Source of the DNA: the human T2T-CHM13v2.0 reference genome, Homo sapiens
DNA length: 64,000 bases
Assembly: GCF_009914755.1 (NCBI RefSeq)
Contig: NC_060926.1
Direction: 5' to 3' (one strand)
Of this stretch, positions 15,017-27,920 are shown piece after piece. The position numbers were made by a program, and so were the translations under genes. The notes under the pieces are model-generated. The model did no database searches. It had not been told where the DNA came from and was given only the letters and a program-made list of their open reading frames with translations. Numbering within the stretch: the stretch's first letter is position 1; each line of letters begins with the position of its first letter.

Positions 15017-15303
15017 TTTTTTTTTTTTTTTTTTTTTTTGACAGGGTCTCACTCTGTTGCCCAGGATGGAGTGCAGTGGTGTAATCACAGTTCCACTTCC
15101 CTAGGCTTGAGTGATCCACCTCAGTCTCCTGAGTAGCTGGGACTACAGGTGTGCACCACGACGTCCAGCTAATTTTTGTATTTTGTGTAGAGATGGGGTT
15201 TTGCCATGCTGCTCAGGCTGTTCTTGAACTCCTGGACTCAAGCCATCCTCTCACCTTGGCCTCCCAAAGTGCTGGGGTTACAGGAGTGAGCCACCACACC
15301 CGG
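15017..15303 (-). mobile_element. AluJ
   Basis: Long poly-T followed by a reverse Alu dimer. Confidence 0.9.
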
Positions 15304-15580
15304 TCTTGCTTAGACTTCTTTCTAGGTTTTATCCTCTTCTCAGCCAAAGCAAGGGATGCAAAACTCCTGGGCAAAAGAGTTGAACTTCATTTATGTGGAA
15401 GTGAATCAGATACAGGTATTAGACCAGGAAATATCACTTCTTAGGTTCTACAATAATAACTTCTACTTTCCCCACAAGAACAAAACTTCCCACTTCTTAA
15501 TTATTAGAATCATGGTTATTTTTTAATTTGGAACACATAAAAAGCTAATTATGTATAAGAATTTTAAAATGTCACATTGT

Positions 15581-15863
15581 GGCCAGGTATAATGGCTCAC
15601 ACCTGTAATCCCAGCCCTTTGGGAGGCAAGGCGGGAAGATCGCTTGAGCCCAGGAATTCAAGACCAAAGGGAGACCCCATTTCCACAAAAAACAAAACAA
15701 AACAAAACAAGGCACGGTGGTGCACACCTGTTATCCGAGCTTACTTGGGAGGCTAAGGTAGGAGGATCATTTGGGCCTGGGAAGTCGAGGCTGCAGCGAA
15801 CTGATGGCACCACTGCACTCCAGCCTAGGTGACAGAGTGAGAAACTGTCTCAAAAAAAAAAAA
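15581..15863 (+). mobile_element. AluJ
   Basis: GGCCAGGTATAATGGCTCACACCTGTAATCCCAGC... with poly-A. Confidence 0.9.
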
Positions 15864-16589
15864 GTCATCTTATATACATCACTTATCGTAAAGGACCACT
15901 CTTAGGATCAAATTTGTTTCTTGGCATCTTCAGAAACAAGATACTCTTCTGCAAAACAAAGATCTGTTTGGCTTTCATGAAAAATTCACTCAAATCTTAC
16001 AGAGTGGAATAAATAAACCATCCTTTAACAAACATTGACAACCTACTATACAAGAATCTACTGTTTTGAGAAAATACAAAAGGATTTTTTAAAAAGTGAT
16101 TGTCTTGAAAGAGCTTACAATCTAACAAGGAAGAAGAGATGCCTGCAAGTGACTGCAATACAGGATAGGGTGAATTTCAAGCCACATGTGAAGCCCAGAA
16201 CAATAGCGATGGAAACTAAGAGAAGGCAGAATCAGCAAATGGAGAAGAGAACATTTTGGCTCTTGTTAAGAAGCATGTTCTTACAACGTGAACCATGCTT
16301 ATCAAAGCTCCTAAACTAGTGAAATTTGTAGGTAATTGTGTCTCCTGTTAATTTTAGCACATTCTTCTTTTACTGAGTATCAGCAAAGTCTATTATTTCG
16401 ACTTTTCAGCAAGCAATGATGATCAATCTGAAGATTCTTATAGCGTTCAACAAACAAATGAAGAGAAGGGGCAGTGTGGAGAGGAGGAATGGCAATGCAA
16501 CAGCATACGAAAGGAAAGTGCAGTTTAGCTGGAACCCAGTATATGAAAAGTAGTGCATAATAAGGCTGATGTTGAAATTAAAGGTTAAA

Positions 16590-16760
16590 GGTGCGATGCT
16601 TGGAATCAGACTGCTCCACATTTGAATACTAGCTCTGTCACTAACTGTGGGACCTTGGGCAAGTTACCTAAGTTCTCTAAGCCTCAGGTTCCACATAAAT
16701 AAACAGAACTTACCTCTCAGGGTAAGTGAATATCAAATGACTCAAATAACATACAGTAAG
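16590..16760 (+). mobile_element. MIR
   Basis: GACCTTGGGCAAGTTACCTAAGTTCTCTAAGCCTCAGGTTCC core. Confidence 0.75.
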
Positions 16761-17888
16761 TGATAATGTTACAGAAAGGGAAAGAGGGAGAGAGAATAAA
16801 AGGAAGAAAGAAAGGAAAGAAAGATATTTTTAAATGTTTGGGCCAGATCATAGAAAGTTTTGAAGATTTCATTCACTTAAATTAATGTAATTGAGAGAGA
16901 AAAGGAAATTAAAAGAAGAAATTTAGTTATGCTGGAAAGATGGCTTATTAGAAGAAGAAAAATATATATACCCATAGTAAGCAATGCTAAAATGTTACAT
17001 AGCAACATATTCCTTCAATGTGAACCCTGCTTATCAAGGCTAACAAACATTGTAGCTAATTGTATCTCCTGTTTAGCTACATTTTTATTTTATTGACTAT
17101 TAGCATAGTCTATTATTTTTGACTTCTCAACAAATATTTGTGACCTGCAATCTCTGTAATGCTGAGCATGCTTCCTAGGACTCAAAAGTTTCTGATCCCT
17201 GGCCACGAGAAGAAGCAGTGGTACCCTCACCCCATGGCGTGGGTGCTGTAGTTGTGACCAAAGCAGCCTGGCCTGGGGCCAAGTGTTATTGGGTGTTTTA
17301 CATCAGATATCTCATGCAATCTAATCTACTGTCATCTCTACACTGATGATGGCCACTGTGTGACTGCCACAACACATTAACCTGGTATTTCCCAGTGTCA
17401 AAGGGCCAGGAAAAGTGACAAGTCTGGTTTTTGCTTCCTCATCCTTTATCTGTCCAGACAACCTCAACAGAGTAGGTTTTCCTGGGTAAGCAGATACTGC
17501 GGGCTGGCAGCCCCTCAATACTAAGATTCTTTTCAGTGAGATCTCTCCTTGGGGGCTGTTAAAATATGAGATGACCGACATGAAACACTTGGTAAACTAC
17601 AGACAGCTAAGGGGTTATTGTTCTATGTTAATTTACATCGAAAGCAGTTCCTGCGTTTAGGCTTTTTTGGTATTTACCTATGGAGAAAGGAATGCCAACA
17701 GTATTTTGTTCAGGCTAACACTGATAAATGTAATGCTAATGCTAATAATAATAATAGTCCACAAATACTGAGCAGTGACACTGTCCCAGCCAATCTGCTA
17801 AGTAATTCACATACATCACCTCATCTGACCCTTAGAACAATCCTTTTACAGAAGGGGTGTTACTCTCATTTCAAAATTGAAGATACAG

Positions 17889-18268
<380 letters not shown>

Positions 18269-20769
18269 TCAGCATCACCTGGGGAAGTTTTCAAAAAATG
18301 GATTCCTGGGCCTTACCACAGACTTATAGAATCACACCTTTATAAGCTTCTCGTCACACCCATGGCTAAGGATTAGCATACTAGTTAAAGTGTATTAAGC
18401 AGAATAGCATCACTCAACTAACTGAAGATATTCTGGGGGCTTTGGTACACCTAGAGTTTTCATTACTCAAAACTATACAAGGGACAGACTTAAGTTATTT
18501 TGACCTGACCATAATACCTACAGAGTGAGGAACAACTGACAAATGTCCGCCCTAGTGAACAAAAGTTAGAGCTGAGTGAGGAAGTATTCATCTGTCAAAG
18601 GGAGGTGAAGCCTAAACTGTTCCTCAATTGGAGAAGAGATGGTGGGACACGGTGTGAATGTGCTGATTAATCTTTCGATGCCTGGCACACAGTAAACACT
18701 TAATAAATATTTGTTAAGTGGACAAACGAATGAAGGAGTGCCTCCATCCAGCTGGACTCCTCTGAATTCCCTGTTCCCTGTATTTGGTCTGTACCTTTTT
18801 TACCTTATTTACCAAATTCTGCCTGCATACCTGCTGTTTGAAACCATGTCTCATCTCTACCAGAAAGTAAGCATTCAGGCGCAGACTTCATCTCTTTCTG
18901 AGCTACATCTTCCTTTCTACCCTTACCTAGCACAGAGGATAGCTATAACCTCTAGCAGGGACCCACAATACTCAATGAGTATCTGGCTTGATTCCAACTG
19001 TGACCTGATTCGACGTGGGTCCCTGCTAGCCACAAGGGATAAATAAGCCTACCAAGCCTTCAAGAACCATGGTATAATTGTGGCTTGCTGGGAAACAGCA
19101 GCAGAGAGAGCTTTGTGTGGAAACCATTAAGAATTCAGTAGACCACACTGGAGGGAAGGCTTCAGGAAGACCACAGCCCTGGGAGGTAAAATGACAAATA
19201 TCAGATGCTTAAAAGTGAAGGGGTTATGGCAACAAATAAAAGGCACTTTTGTTTCATTTATTCTCTCAGTATGTGTTGTGGAAACCAACTATGTTCCTAA
19301 AATTACAACCATAGTTAGGAACACCTTGAAATAGCAAAGACAATGACACAGACCCAGTAATGAATACTGTCTGCTAAAAGGGTCTCATGCCTGACCATAG
19401 CACCTGAGACAGTAAATGTACAAGGTCAGGGCATACTACCCTCTCTTCACCACCCACCTTTCTGCTCATTATAGCTTTCGTGTCTTGGTGCTACACACTG
19501 CATGGTATCTGGATGGCCCCTGTATCATACTCCTTTTGCTGCTTCCTTCACACCCCATTATCCTACTAGATCCTCATACCCTGCAGTGGATGTAGAGCAA
19601 AGATTATCAAGCCCATTTCTTGGATGAGATAAGTGAGGCTCAAATTGTAATGATATGCCTAAGGGCACCAGAAAGTGGTTGAACACATTACAGACAATTT
19701 TTAAAATGAACAAATAGAAGGAGGCATGAATCCCCCCAGGAGGAAAGTCTCATTCTCTTGAAATATCCCAGAATTTGATCTTACCTTGCTTACAAATCTC
19801 TTTGCACTACGTCACACAACCTCAAAGAGTTGATGTGTTTTCATGGAGCCAAAGTTATGGCAGGGGTTGGGTAAGTCCCAGGGAGGAAGACAATATTACG
19901 GAACTGGTTTCATAACATCTGCAGAGTTTAGTCTGAACATTTCCATTCAACAGGTAATGGGCTCTCACAGGTGGCTGGGATTTGCAGACTATAGCACCTC
20001 CAGGTCCCCGAGAAACTCAGCCTTGTGCGGCTGATAGGCAGGTAGACACACACAGTCACAGTAGAAGGCAGTGTTGTGTGCACTGCAAAGGGATTAATAG
20101 GCAGAGTGCTGATAGCCTATCAAGGGTTTTCTCACCTCAAGAACCTAAAAGGTGATTTACAAACTGAAGTAGAACATTTCTTGGAGTTATTTTATCCATT
20201 ACAAAAATAAGCATTTTTGAAGATGGAAAAATCTACCAACGACTCAAAATGAAGCTACAGTATTGTTTTGAAATTGCTTTGGGAAGCTGGCAAAAGAAAA
20301 CCCACCCAGCGTGGAATCTGTTCACGGGCTCTGCGGCTGCATCCGACGGGAGTCTGGGGCTACACGCAGCCAGGGATGGGGGAATGGGAGTGGGGTGGGG
20401 TCCAGAGACGATCCAGGGGGCAGGACGGACACACGCTTTTCAGTAAAAGGGACCAAGTCCACTTGGTCACTGAGCCAACTTGAGAGGCTTCCCAGAGAAC
20501 TCAATAAGGCCAGGAGCCCGTGGCTGAAGAAGGAATACTCCATCGGGATTTAAGCAGGACCAGAAGACCTCGCCAGGCTCAGTTCCTCACACAGCCACAC
20601 CCTTTGTTAATCCCAAAGAGCTCAAAGTCTAACCAACCACCAGTGGTCTGATTTAGAGCTCTTTGCGATTAACAAAGGCTCACAGCGACTGGGTCAGCTG
20701 CTTTCCCTTACACTCACAACGCTAACAGTTCTTTCTTTAAAAAGAAAAGTATGTATAGTAGAAAAAGGT

Positions 20770-22030
20770 AGGGGACGCGAGACTGAAGTGAAGCTGTCTC
20801 TGGAGAGTTCGGGGGATCACCCCCCCTCAACCCCCGTCCCCACTCCGGGCGAAAAGCACTGACCGGGACTGGAGATGTCTCTAAGGTCGACGCAGACCCC
20901 TAACGCGCGCGTCTACGCCGACCTGGGGCGAGCGGGCCGCCCGGGAGGGCCGGGAGGGAGGCGGGCTGGAGCGCGGGAGGGGCACGGTTCCCATAGACAG
21001 GCAGGCGGGCGGTGCCAGAACTTGAGCCGGCCCCAGGGGATGCCCGAACGTCCCCCTCTGTCCTAGCTGGGGTGTAGGTGCAGCCCCAGGGCATCGCCGC
21101 GAAGCCCCTGCTCGAGACCTACGGAGATAGTGGGTCCCGAGCCCCACGGGGCGGCCCCGGGTCCGCGGAGTCCAGCGGTGAGCTCAGCCCGAGGCGCGGG
21201 ACCCAGGCTGTCCACGGCCCCTTCCTCCCCGGGCCATCAGCGGGCAGCAGAACGCGCGGGCCGCTGGCCTGGAATTGCGCCCCTCCCGAGGCCGCGCGCC
21301 CGCGCCCACCGCTCGCAGGGGACGCGGCCTCGACGTCCCCAGCCGCCCCACCCGCGTCACCGGTGCCAGGCGGCACTTCCGTGCCCCGCCGTCGAGCCCA
21401 GCCCCTCCCGGCGTCTCCCCCGGCCCCCGGGAGCCCGGAACCCGGGTCGCGCCAGAGGCGACGCGTCCCTTACCGCGCAGCGGCTCCGGACGACTCCGCA
21501 GCCCCGCGCCGCGCTGGGCATTTTTTCTGGGAAACTTCTCCCGGGGTCCGCAGGGCTGAGCCGGGCGGGCAGGAAAAGCGCTCAGCGCCGGGAGGCTGCG
21601 ACCATCCGGGAACTTCGCCGAGATGTGGGCCCTCCCCTCCGGCGCCGCCGCCCCCCCGCCGCCCCGCCACATGTGGACGCGCCGCGAGGCCCCGCCGGCC
21701 CGCGCCCTGCCCTCCGCGCGCCCGCCTGCCCCGCCAGCAATGGGGCTCTGCGCCTGCAGCTTCGGCCCGCAGAGGATCGCGGCGGGGCGGGATGGTCGGG
21801 GCTGGAGTCCGCAGTTTCCTCAGTCCCGCTCCCCTGCGCGGCGAGGGGACCGAGGCAAGAGGACAGGAGTTTGCAGAGGGGCGGGAACTGGAAGGGGAGT
21901 CTAGCCCAGGGCCTTTCCCCCCAACTCTTGAATCTTCTCCACCTTCTTGCGGCTGCTGGCGGGGGGATCGGGTGGGGGTGTTCCCTCTGTTCGAGCCGGA
22001 AGGAACGCCTTTTCCCACGCTTTCCCGTCT
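20770..22030. promoter_or_regulatory. WIPF1: CpG island promoter (WIPF1 distal promoter)
   Basis: Very high GC and CpG density; multiple CCCCGCC GC boxes at 21650-21740; palindromic E-box CCACATGTGG (21667-21676); ETS-type CACTTCCG (~21374); STAT-type TTCTGGGAA (21525-21533). Confidence 0.9.
21474..21614 (-). other. WIPF1: Non-coding first exon of WIPF1 (WAS/WASL-interacting protein family member 1); transcription start approximate
   Basis: Minus strand reads AGTTCCCGGATGGTCGCAGCC...GGAGCCGCTGCGCG|GTAAGG, a strong splice donor. It matches my recollection of the WIPF1 5'UTR, and the ~37 kb spacing to an H3F3A retrocopy fits 2q31.1. Confidence 0.8.
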
Positions 22031-22560
22031 GCTCTCAAAAAAAGAGTGTCCAACTTTCAGATATCTGAAATTCAAATTAATTTTTAAAAATGGATTTAAA
22101 ATCGGGGTGAACCCCACAGAGGGCCAAGGTCCACACGCATCTGACTCCTGCCCACTATGTGGGGACAACGTGCTGCTCTTCCCTCGGAAAGATGCTGCCT
22201 CTCCTCACAAGTCGGTTGGAATTGAGTCGTTTTGCTGCCAGTGGGGATGGATTTATCATCAGCCACCCACTTCCTTAAATACGGTAGGATCCACAGCAAA
22301 CATGTGGAGAAAACCGAAGCTCTACTCCATTGCCCTAGCTAACTCCTGCTCATCAGGGGGTTCTGACCAGCTCTGAGAGCTGCCACCTCCAGGCCCCAAA
22401 GAAAAGTTAACATTCACTCGCTAAGACGCTATAGCTACTGAGTGTGCATTTGAAAGGAATAACAACAAAAAGTTCTTGCTCAGTGTAATAACCATCGGAT
22501 CATATTGTTAAAATATCAAGGCTGTGTATCCCTTTGAATTAAAGCAGAAAGGTGAGAATA

Positions 22561-23193
22561 TAAAACCACCTTTGCAGAATTATAACTGAGGAAATTGTGA
22601 CAGTGAAAGAAATCAGACCTACTCTGAAACAAAATTGATAATAGCACTTTCCTGAAAAGATCCCCTTCTTTCCTGGGGACCAGTCTGCCTTTGCAGGACT
22701 AACAAATTAGCTGTAAGACTAGAAATTACAGTTTAGGGGTCATGCAGCCTCTGTCTCCAAGAGTCCGAACCTCCCCAAATTGCTCCCGGGGATAACATCA
22801 CTATTGTAAAACCTAAGATCTGTGCTTGAGATACTTTGCAGACCCTGAACTCAGTGGATCAGCTGACACCACCCAGAATGATAATCTGGCTTAACCAGTT
22901 CTCCCATCCCACCCAGGAACAGAAAAGAGCAAGAAAAACTCACTTCGACCCCCTGTGATTCCATCTCCAACCTGGTCAATCAGCACTCCCCACTTCTCAA
23001 GCCCCTGCCTGCCAAATTATCTTTAAAAAGTCATCCCTGAATGCTCAGGGAGACTGATTTTAGTAATAATAAAACTCTGGTCTCCCGCACAGCTGGCTCT
23101 GCGTGAATCCGTCTTTCTCCATTGCAATTCCCCAGTCTTGGTAAATCGGCTCTGTCTAGGCAGCGGGCAAGGTGAACCCATTGGGCGGTTACA
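22561..23193 (+). mobile_element. LTR8 solo LTR (ERV1), internally deleted
   Basis: T(A)AAACCACCTTTGCAGAATTATAACTGAGGAAATT... to ...GAACCCATTGGGCGGTTACA; 4-bp TSD AATA on both sides. Confidence 0.85.
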
Positions 23194-24069
23194 AATAGAT
23201 GCACTTCGGAATTGTTACACCATGCTGAGGGACCTTAACTCCCGGCTTTCTCTGCTTCTGTACCACTCCAGTGTGCACACGTGTATCTTGATATGCTTTT
23301 AACAGATACAATGACCTCTCTGGGAAAGACATTTAGTAACATGGGAAACTCTTCCCATTGGCAAATTTTTGTCTAAATGTACCCATCTTTTTAAGGTCCA
23401 TTAACTATTTGCCTTTCTTTTAAAACCATTTCTATGGTAATACACATATATTATGTTTTATATAAAATGAAGACAAGCAGTTTAATATATAAATATATTA
23501 CTCCAGACTTGAAAACATATCAGTAGCACTAACTGTGGTTAGCAAGGAAATTAAACCCAGGAGCTGCCTGGTCCCCTTACTAGTTCTCCAAGCCTCAATT
23601 TTTTGCTCCAGTAAAATAGGGATAACAATATTTCCTATCTCCTGGGGTTGTTGTAAGGATTAAATGGGATAATCTCCCTAAAGATGAGCAGAGTAGTGGC
23701 ACACAAGTGAACAGGAAATCTTATCTTTGGTTCCCTAGTGTTCAGCAGAGCTCCTAGTACCTTGTACGGAATTGATTAAATGTTTGTTGAGATAAGGACT
23801 CTCTTGAGTTTGTGTCTCTCAGGAATCTGTGAGAATTTCAATGTTGATATACACAAAAGAAAATTGGGAAGGTAAAATACTCCCCCTTCATTTCATCATT
23901 GAAAGCCAAAAATAAATTGTGTTCTGAATTGTCTACTGTTTTAAATCACTCATAAGGCCAGTAATCAGTTGTCAAAAATGGCCCTGCTTCTCTCCCTTCC
24001 AATTTTTAACAGTTCTCTCAATTAGGTCAAAACCTAAATAGTATTTTATCAGTGATAGTTTTCTGGTTT

Positions 24070-24623
24070 TGTTACGGGAAAGGAGATCCAATCCAGACCC
24101 CAAGAGAGGGCTCTTGGATCTCTCTCAAGAAAGAATTCAGGGTGAGTTCATAGGGTAAAGTGAAAGCAAGTTTATTAAGAGGGTAAAGAAATAAAAGAAT
24201 GGCTACTTCATAGACAGAGCAGCCCTGAGGGCTGCTGGTTGTCCATTTTTATGGTTATTTCTTGATGCTATGCTAAACAAGGGGTGGATTATTCACGCCT
24301 CCCCTTTTTAGGCCATATAGGGTAACCTCTTGATGTTGCCATGGCATTTGTAAACTGTCATGGTGATGGTGGGAGTGTAGCAGTGAGGACCACCAGAAGT
24401 CACTCTTGTGGCCATCTTGGTTTTGGTGGGTTTTAGCTGGCTTCTTTACTGCAACCTGTTTTATCAACAAGGTCTTTATGACCTGTATCTTGTGCTGACC
24501 TCCTATCTCATTGTGTGAGTTAGAATGCCTTAACTGTCTGGGAATACAGCCCAGTAGGTCTCAGCCTCATTTTACCCAGCTCCTATTTAAGGTGGAGTTG
24601 CTCTGGTTCACATGCCTCTGATG
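24070..24623 (-). mobile_element. MER41A solo LTR
   Basis: Plus strand starts TGTTACGGGAAAGGAGATCCAATCCAGACCCCAAGAGAGGG and ends GCTCTGGTTCACATGCCTCTGATG; 554 bp; 4-bp TSD GTTT; lacks the MER41B tandem GAS segment. Confidence 0.88.
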
Positions 24624-26277
24624 GTTTCAATAAGTTGCCTATGGTTATGAAAGATGTGAACATTTGAGGAAGCTAGGTGAAGTGCATATGGCAACATTTT
24701 TACTGTTTTTGCAACTTACTTATAAGTCTGAAATTATTTTAAAAAGTTAAAAAATTAAAGGTAAAAAATATCAAACCCTGAAATTCTTCAACAGATACCT
24801 TGTTCCCTTAGGTGATGTCAAATTTCAGCTTAAAATGAAGACATTGAAGTTAGTAGCATGCAAAAGTATTATGCTAAACCTTTGTAGTCATGTATACTTT
24901 GATATGAATGAGTTAATAAGAAAAAATGACTTAATGAATGCTGCTTGAAGACTAAGCTAGGCTAGAAATGTTACAGTGATCTTGGGGAAAAGGGAGAAGC
25001 GAGGTAGATAGAAGGATGTTGAGATGCCAAACTAGGACAAACTAAGCAGGGCACAATATCATTAAATACATATATTTGCTTACCATTTCATAACTACCAT
25101 TTTGGGACTTACTTTGACCTCTAAATTAGCTTAGTGGTGCCTTAGAACTTCCCCTCTTATAACAAGCTTTTTTTTATTGTAATTACTTGTTCCCCAGTAG
25201 ATAGTAGCCCCAGTCTAGAGGGAGAGAGTAGGCAAAGGGACCTGCCTGCCTGGCTCACCGCAGTCTTCTCAGCTCCAGCACATTCTCACTATTCATTACC
25301 ACTTGATGAATAAGTGAGATGCTTTTACAGAGTACCTCATTGAATTCTTACAGTAACTTTGTGATTTAGATATTTGTCTTCATTTTACAAATGAGAAAAC
25401 TGTGACTCAGAGAGCTTAGGTAACCTGCCCAAGACCACTCAGCTTGTGACCTTCTAAATCCAGATTATTTTGATGCTAACACCCTTGTTTTAACCACTAT
25501 TTAATACTGTCTCTTGGCTTTACTTCCTATTATTGTTCCCTCTTTTGAGCTTCTGCTGGTGTGAATGACCTGAATTGACTGGCATCCAGATTCCTTGGTG
25601 CCAAATAGCAAAATAAAAAAATATTGTTTCTATTGTTGGAAGGAATTGTTGAGGTTCAGGTAGATCTGGCTAAAGGCTGTTTAACAGCCTGGGTTTTCTC
25701 TTCTGCATCAATGCAGGGAGGAAATGGAATGCTATGTGGGACGACAGCACCATGCTAGGCCAGGGATACTGTGAAGAATCAGGATGTGTTGGGAAGGAAG
25801 GAAGGAAGGAAGCTGCTTTGCACCTAAAAAATGCTCAGCATATATTTAATAGATATATCCAAAACTGAAAGGACTGAGCTCTTGAGAGCTAGATATTTTA
25901 CTTATTTACACTACACCGTATTCCAAAAAAAGACTTAAGACAGTAAGAGTTGAACAAGATAAAATTTAAACTTTAGTCTGAGATAGCAAATTTAGTAAAT
26001 ATTTTCACTTTATCATTTTCTTCCCTTACTAAAAATAGTTCTCATTCTAAACAATTCAAATATTCCATAAGCATAAAATATAGAAAGTGAGTCTCCTGCA
26101 ATCCCATTCACCAGAGATAACCACTAATGGTAGGGTATATATTCTTCCCTGTGTCTTTTTTTCTATGTATTTTTATTTTTCTTCATCAACAAATATTTAA
26201 TGAAAGCCAGGTGAATGTGATTATATTGTACATCATCTTCTTCTAATTTATTTTTCTTTTTCCGCTAAATAATCTAT

Positions 26278-26859
26278 TGCATTCATTTCCTGTTGCTGTG
26301 TAACAAATTACCATAAATTTAGCAGCTCAAGACAACATCCATTTATTATTTCATGGCTCTGTAGAAGTCAGGACATGGTGTGATTCAGTTCACAGGTATC
26401 ACAGGTGGGCTGAGTTCTTATGTGGAGGTGCTGGAGAAAATAATCCACTTCCAAGCTCATTCAGGTCACTGGCCCCTGTGAATTCAATTCCTTATGGTAG
26501 TGGGACTGAGGACCCTGTTACCTTGTTGGCTGTCACCTGTGGGACTGCTCTCAGCTCCTAGAAGCCACCTGCATTCCTTGCAACATGGCTTTCGTCTTCA
26601 TAGCCAGCAACAGAGAATCTCCCTCATGTGGAATCCCTCTCATACTTCTAGTCTCTTTTGCCTGGAAGAGCCTAGTTCCTTTTAAGGTCTCAGCTGATTA
26701 TGCTAGGCCCATTGAAGATAATCTCCCTATCTTAAATGCAGCTCCAATCACATCTACAAAATCCCTTCACGGCAGCATCTAGATCAGTGTTTGACTGAAC
26801 AAGTGAGAGAAAGTGTGCATACACCAGGGGATGAAAATCTTAGAATTCTGCCTACCACA
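26278..26859 (-). mobile_element. MLT1 (MaLR) LTR
   Basis: TTGCTGTGTAACAAATTACCATAAATTTAGCAGCT... ending TTAGAATTCTGCCTACCACA. Confidence 0.8.
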
Positions 26860-27397
26860 GGTAACAAGGGTTGTCTTTCCATTTCTCTAAATATAAATCA
26901 ACCTCATTCTTTTTTAAGAACTGCATAGTCTTTTACTGTATAATGTGTCATAATTCAACCAAAGCGCCTCTTAGTGGACATTTATGTTACTTCCAGTTAT
27001 ATGTCTTTTAAAAATTCATAATAAACACTCGTGCTCTTAAATGCTCATGCATCTACATTCTTCTTAGTATCCTGACTCACAGAAGTAACTTCCATTAGGT
27101 AGTCAGAATTGCAAGATGGAAGTGTTTGCACTTTTTGATAGATACTACTAAATTGCTCTCCAAAATGTTGGTAGCAGCCTGTACTTCCAATGACAATATA
27201 CAAAAACGGAAGTAGCTAATTCTTATAAAGAAATTCCCTCATAGACTGTTTCATGCGCAATGGTTAAGAGCATCAGTGCTCAGTGAGGTTGTCTGGCTAC
27301 CAATCTTGCCTTTTTGATTTCCAGTGTGACCTAGGGCAGGTATCTAAGCCTTAGTTTCTGTATCTGTAATGAGGACAATAATAATGGCACCCCCCTT

Positions 27398-27920
27398 TGT
27401 ATTCATTTTGTGTTGCTGTGTAACAAACTACTCTAAAACTTGTGACTTACACACTTATTGTCTCCTAGTGTCTGTGGGTTAGGAATCTGGTAACTAAGCT
27501 GGGTGTTTTTGGTTCAGGATCTCTCACAAGGCTGCAGTCAAGGTGCCAGCCAAGTCTCAAGGCTTGACTGGAGGATGAGCTACTTTCCAGTTCACTTGCA
27601 TGGCTGTTTCAACATTCAGGTCTTCACTGGCTGTTGGCTGGAGAGAGCAGTTCCTTGCCATGTGGATGTCTCCCTGGGGCAGCTCACAACATGGCAACTG
27701 TTTTCCCTCAGAGTGACTGAGCAAGAGGGGACACGTGAGATGGAAGCCACAGTCTTTTTGTAACCTAACTTGAAAGTGACATCACATCACTGTGCTGTAT
27801 TCTACTCATTAGAAGCAAGTCTCTAAATACAACCCACACTTAAGGTAAGAGTGTGGCACATAAATATGAATATCAGCTCGCCCTGGTGATTGAGGTCATC
27901 TTAGAGGCTTCCTTCCTTGC
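27398..27920 (-). mobile_element. MLT1 (MaLR) LTR inserted in a MIR
   Basis: TGTATTCATTTTGTGTTGCTGTGTAACAAACTACTCTAAAACTT... typical of reverse MLT1. Confidence 0.75.

Noticed and set aside
21078-22376. 432-aa ORF and overlapping 312/232/162-aa ORFs
   Set aside because: Low-complexity Pro/Arg/Gly/Ala sequence open in several frames on both strands, and the longest starts at GTG. This is the expected stop-codon depletion of a CpG island.
24070-24623. MER41 as an interferon-gamma/STAT1 enhancer for WIPF1
   Set aside because: The sequence runs TTATTCACGCCTCCCCTTTT with no tandem TTCCGGGAA segment, so it is the MER41A form lacking the GAS sites of MER41B.
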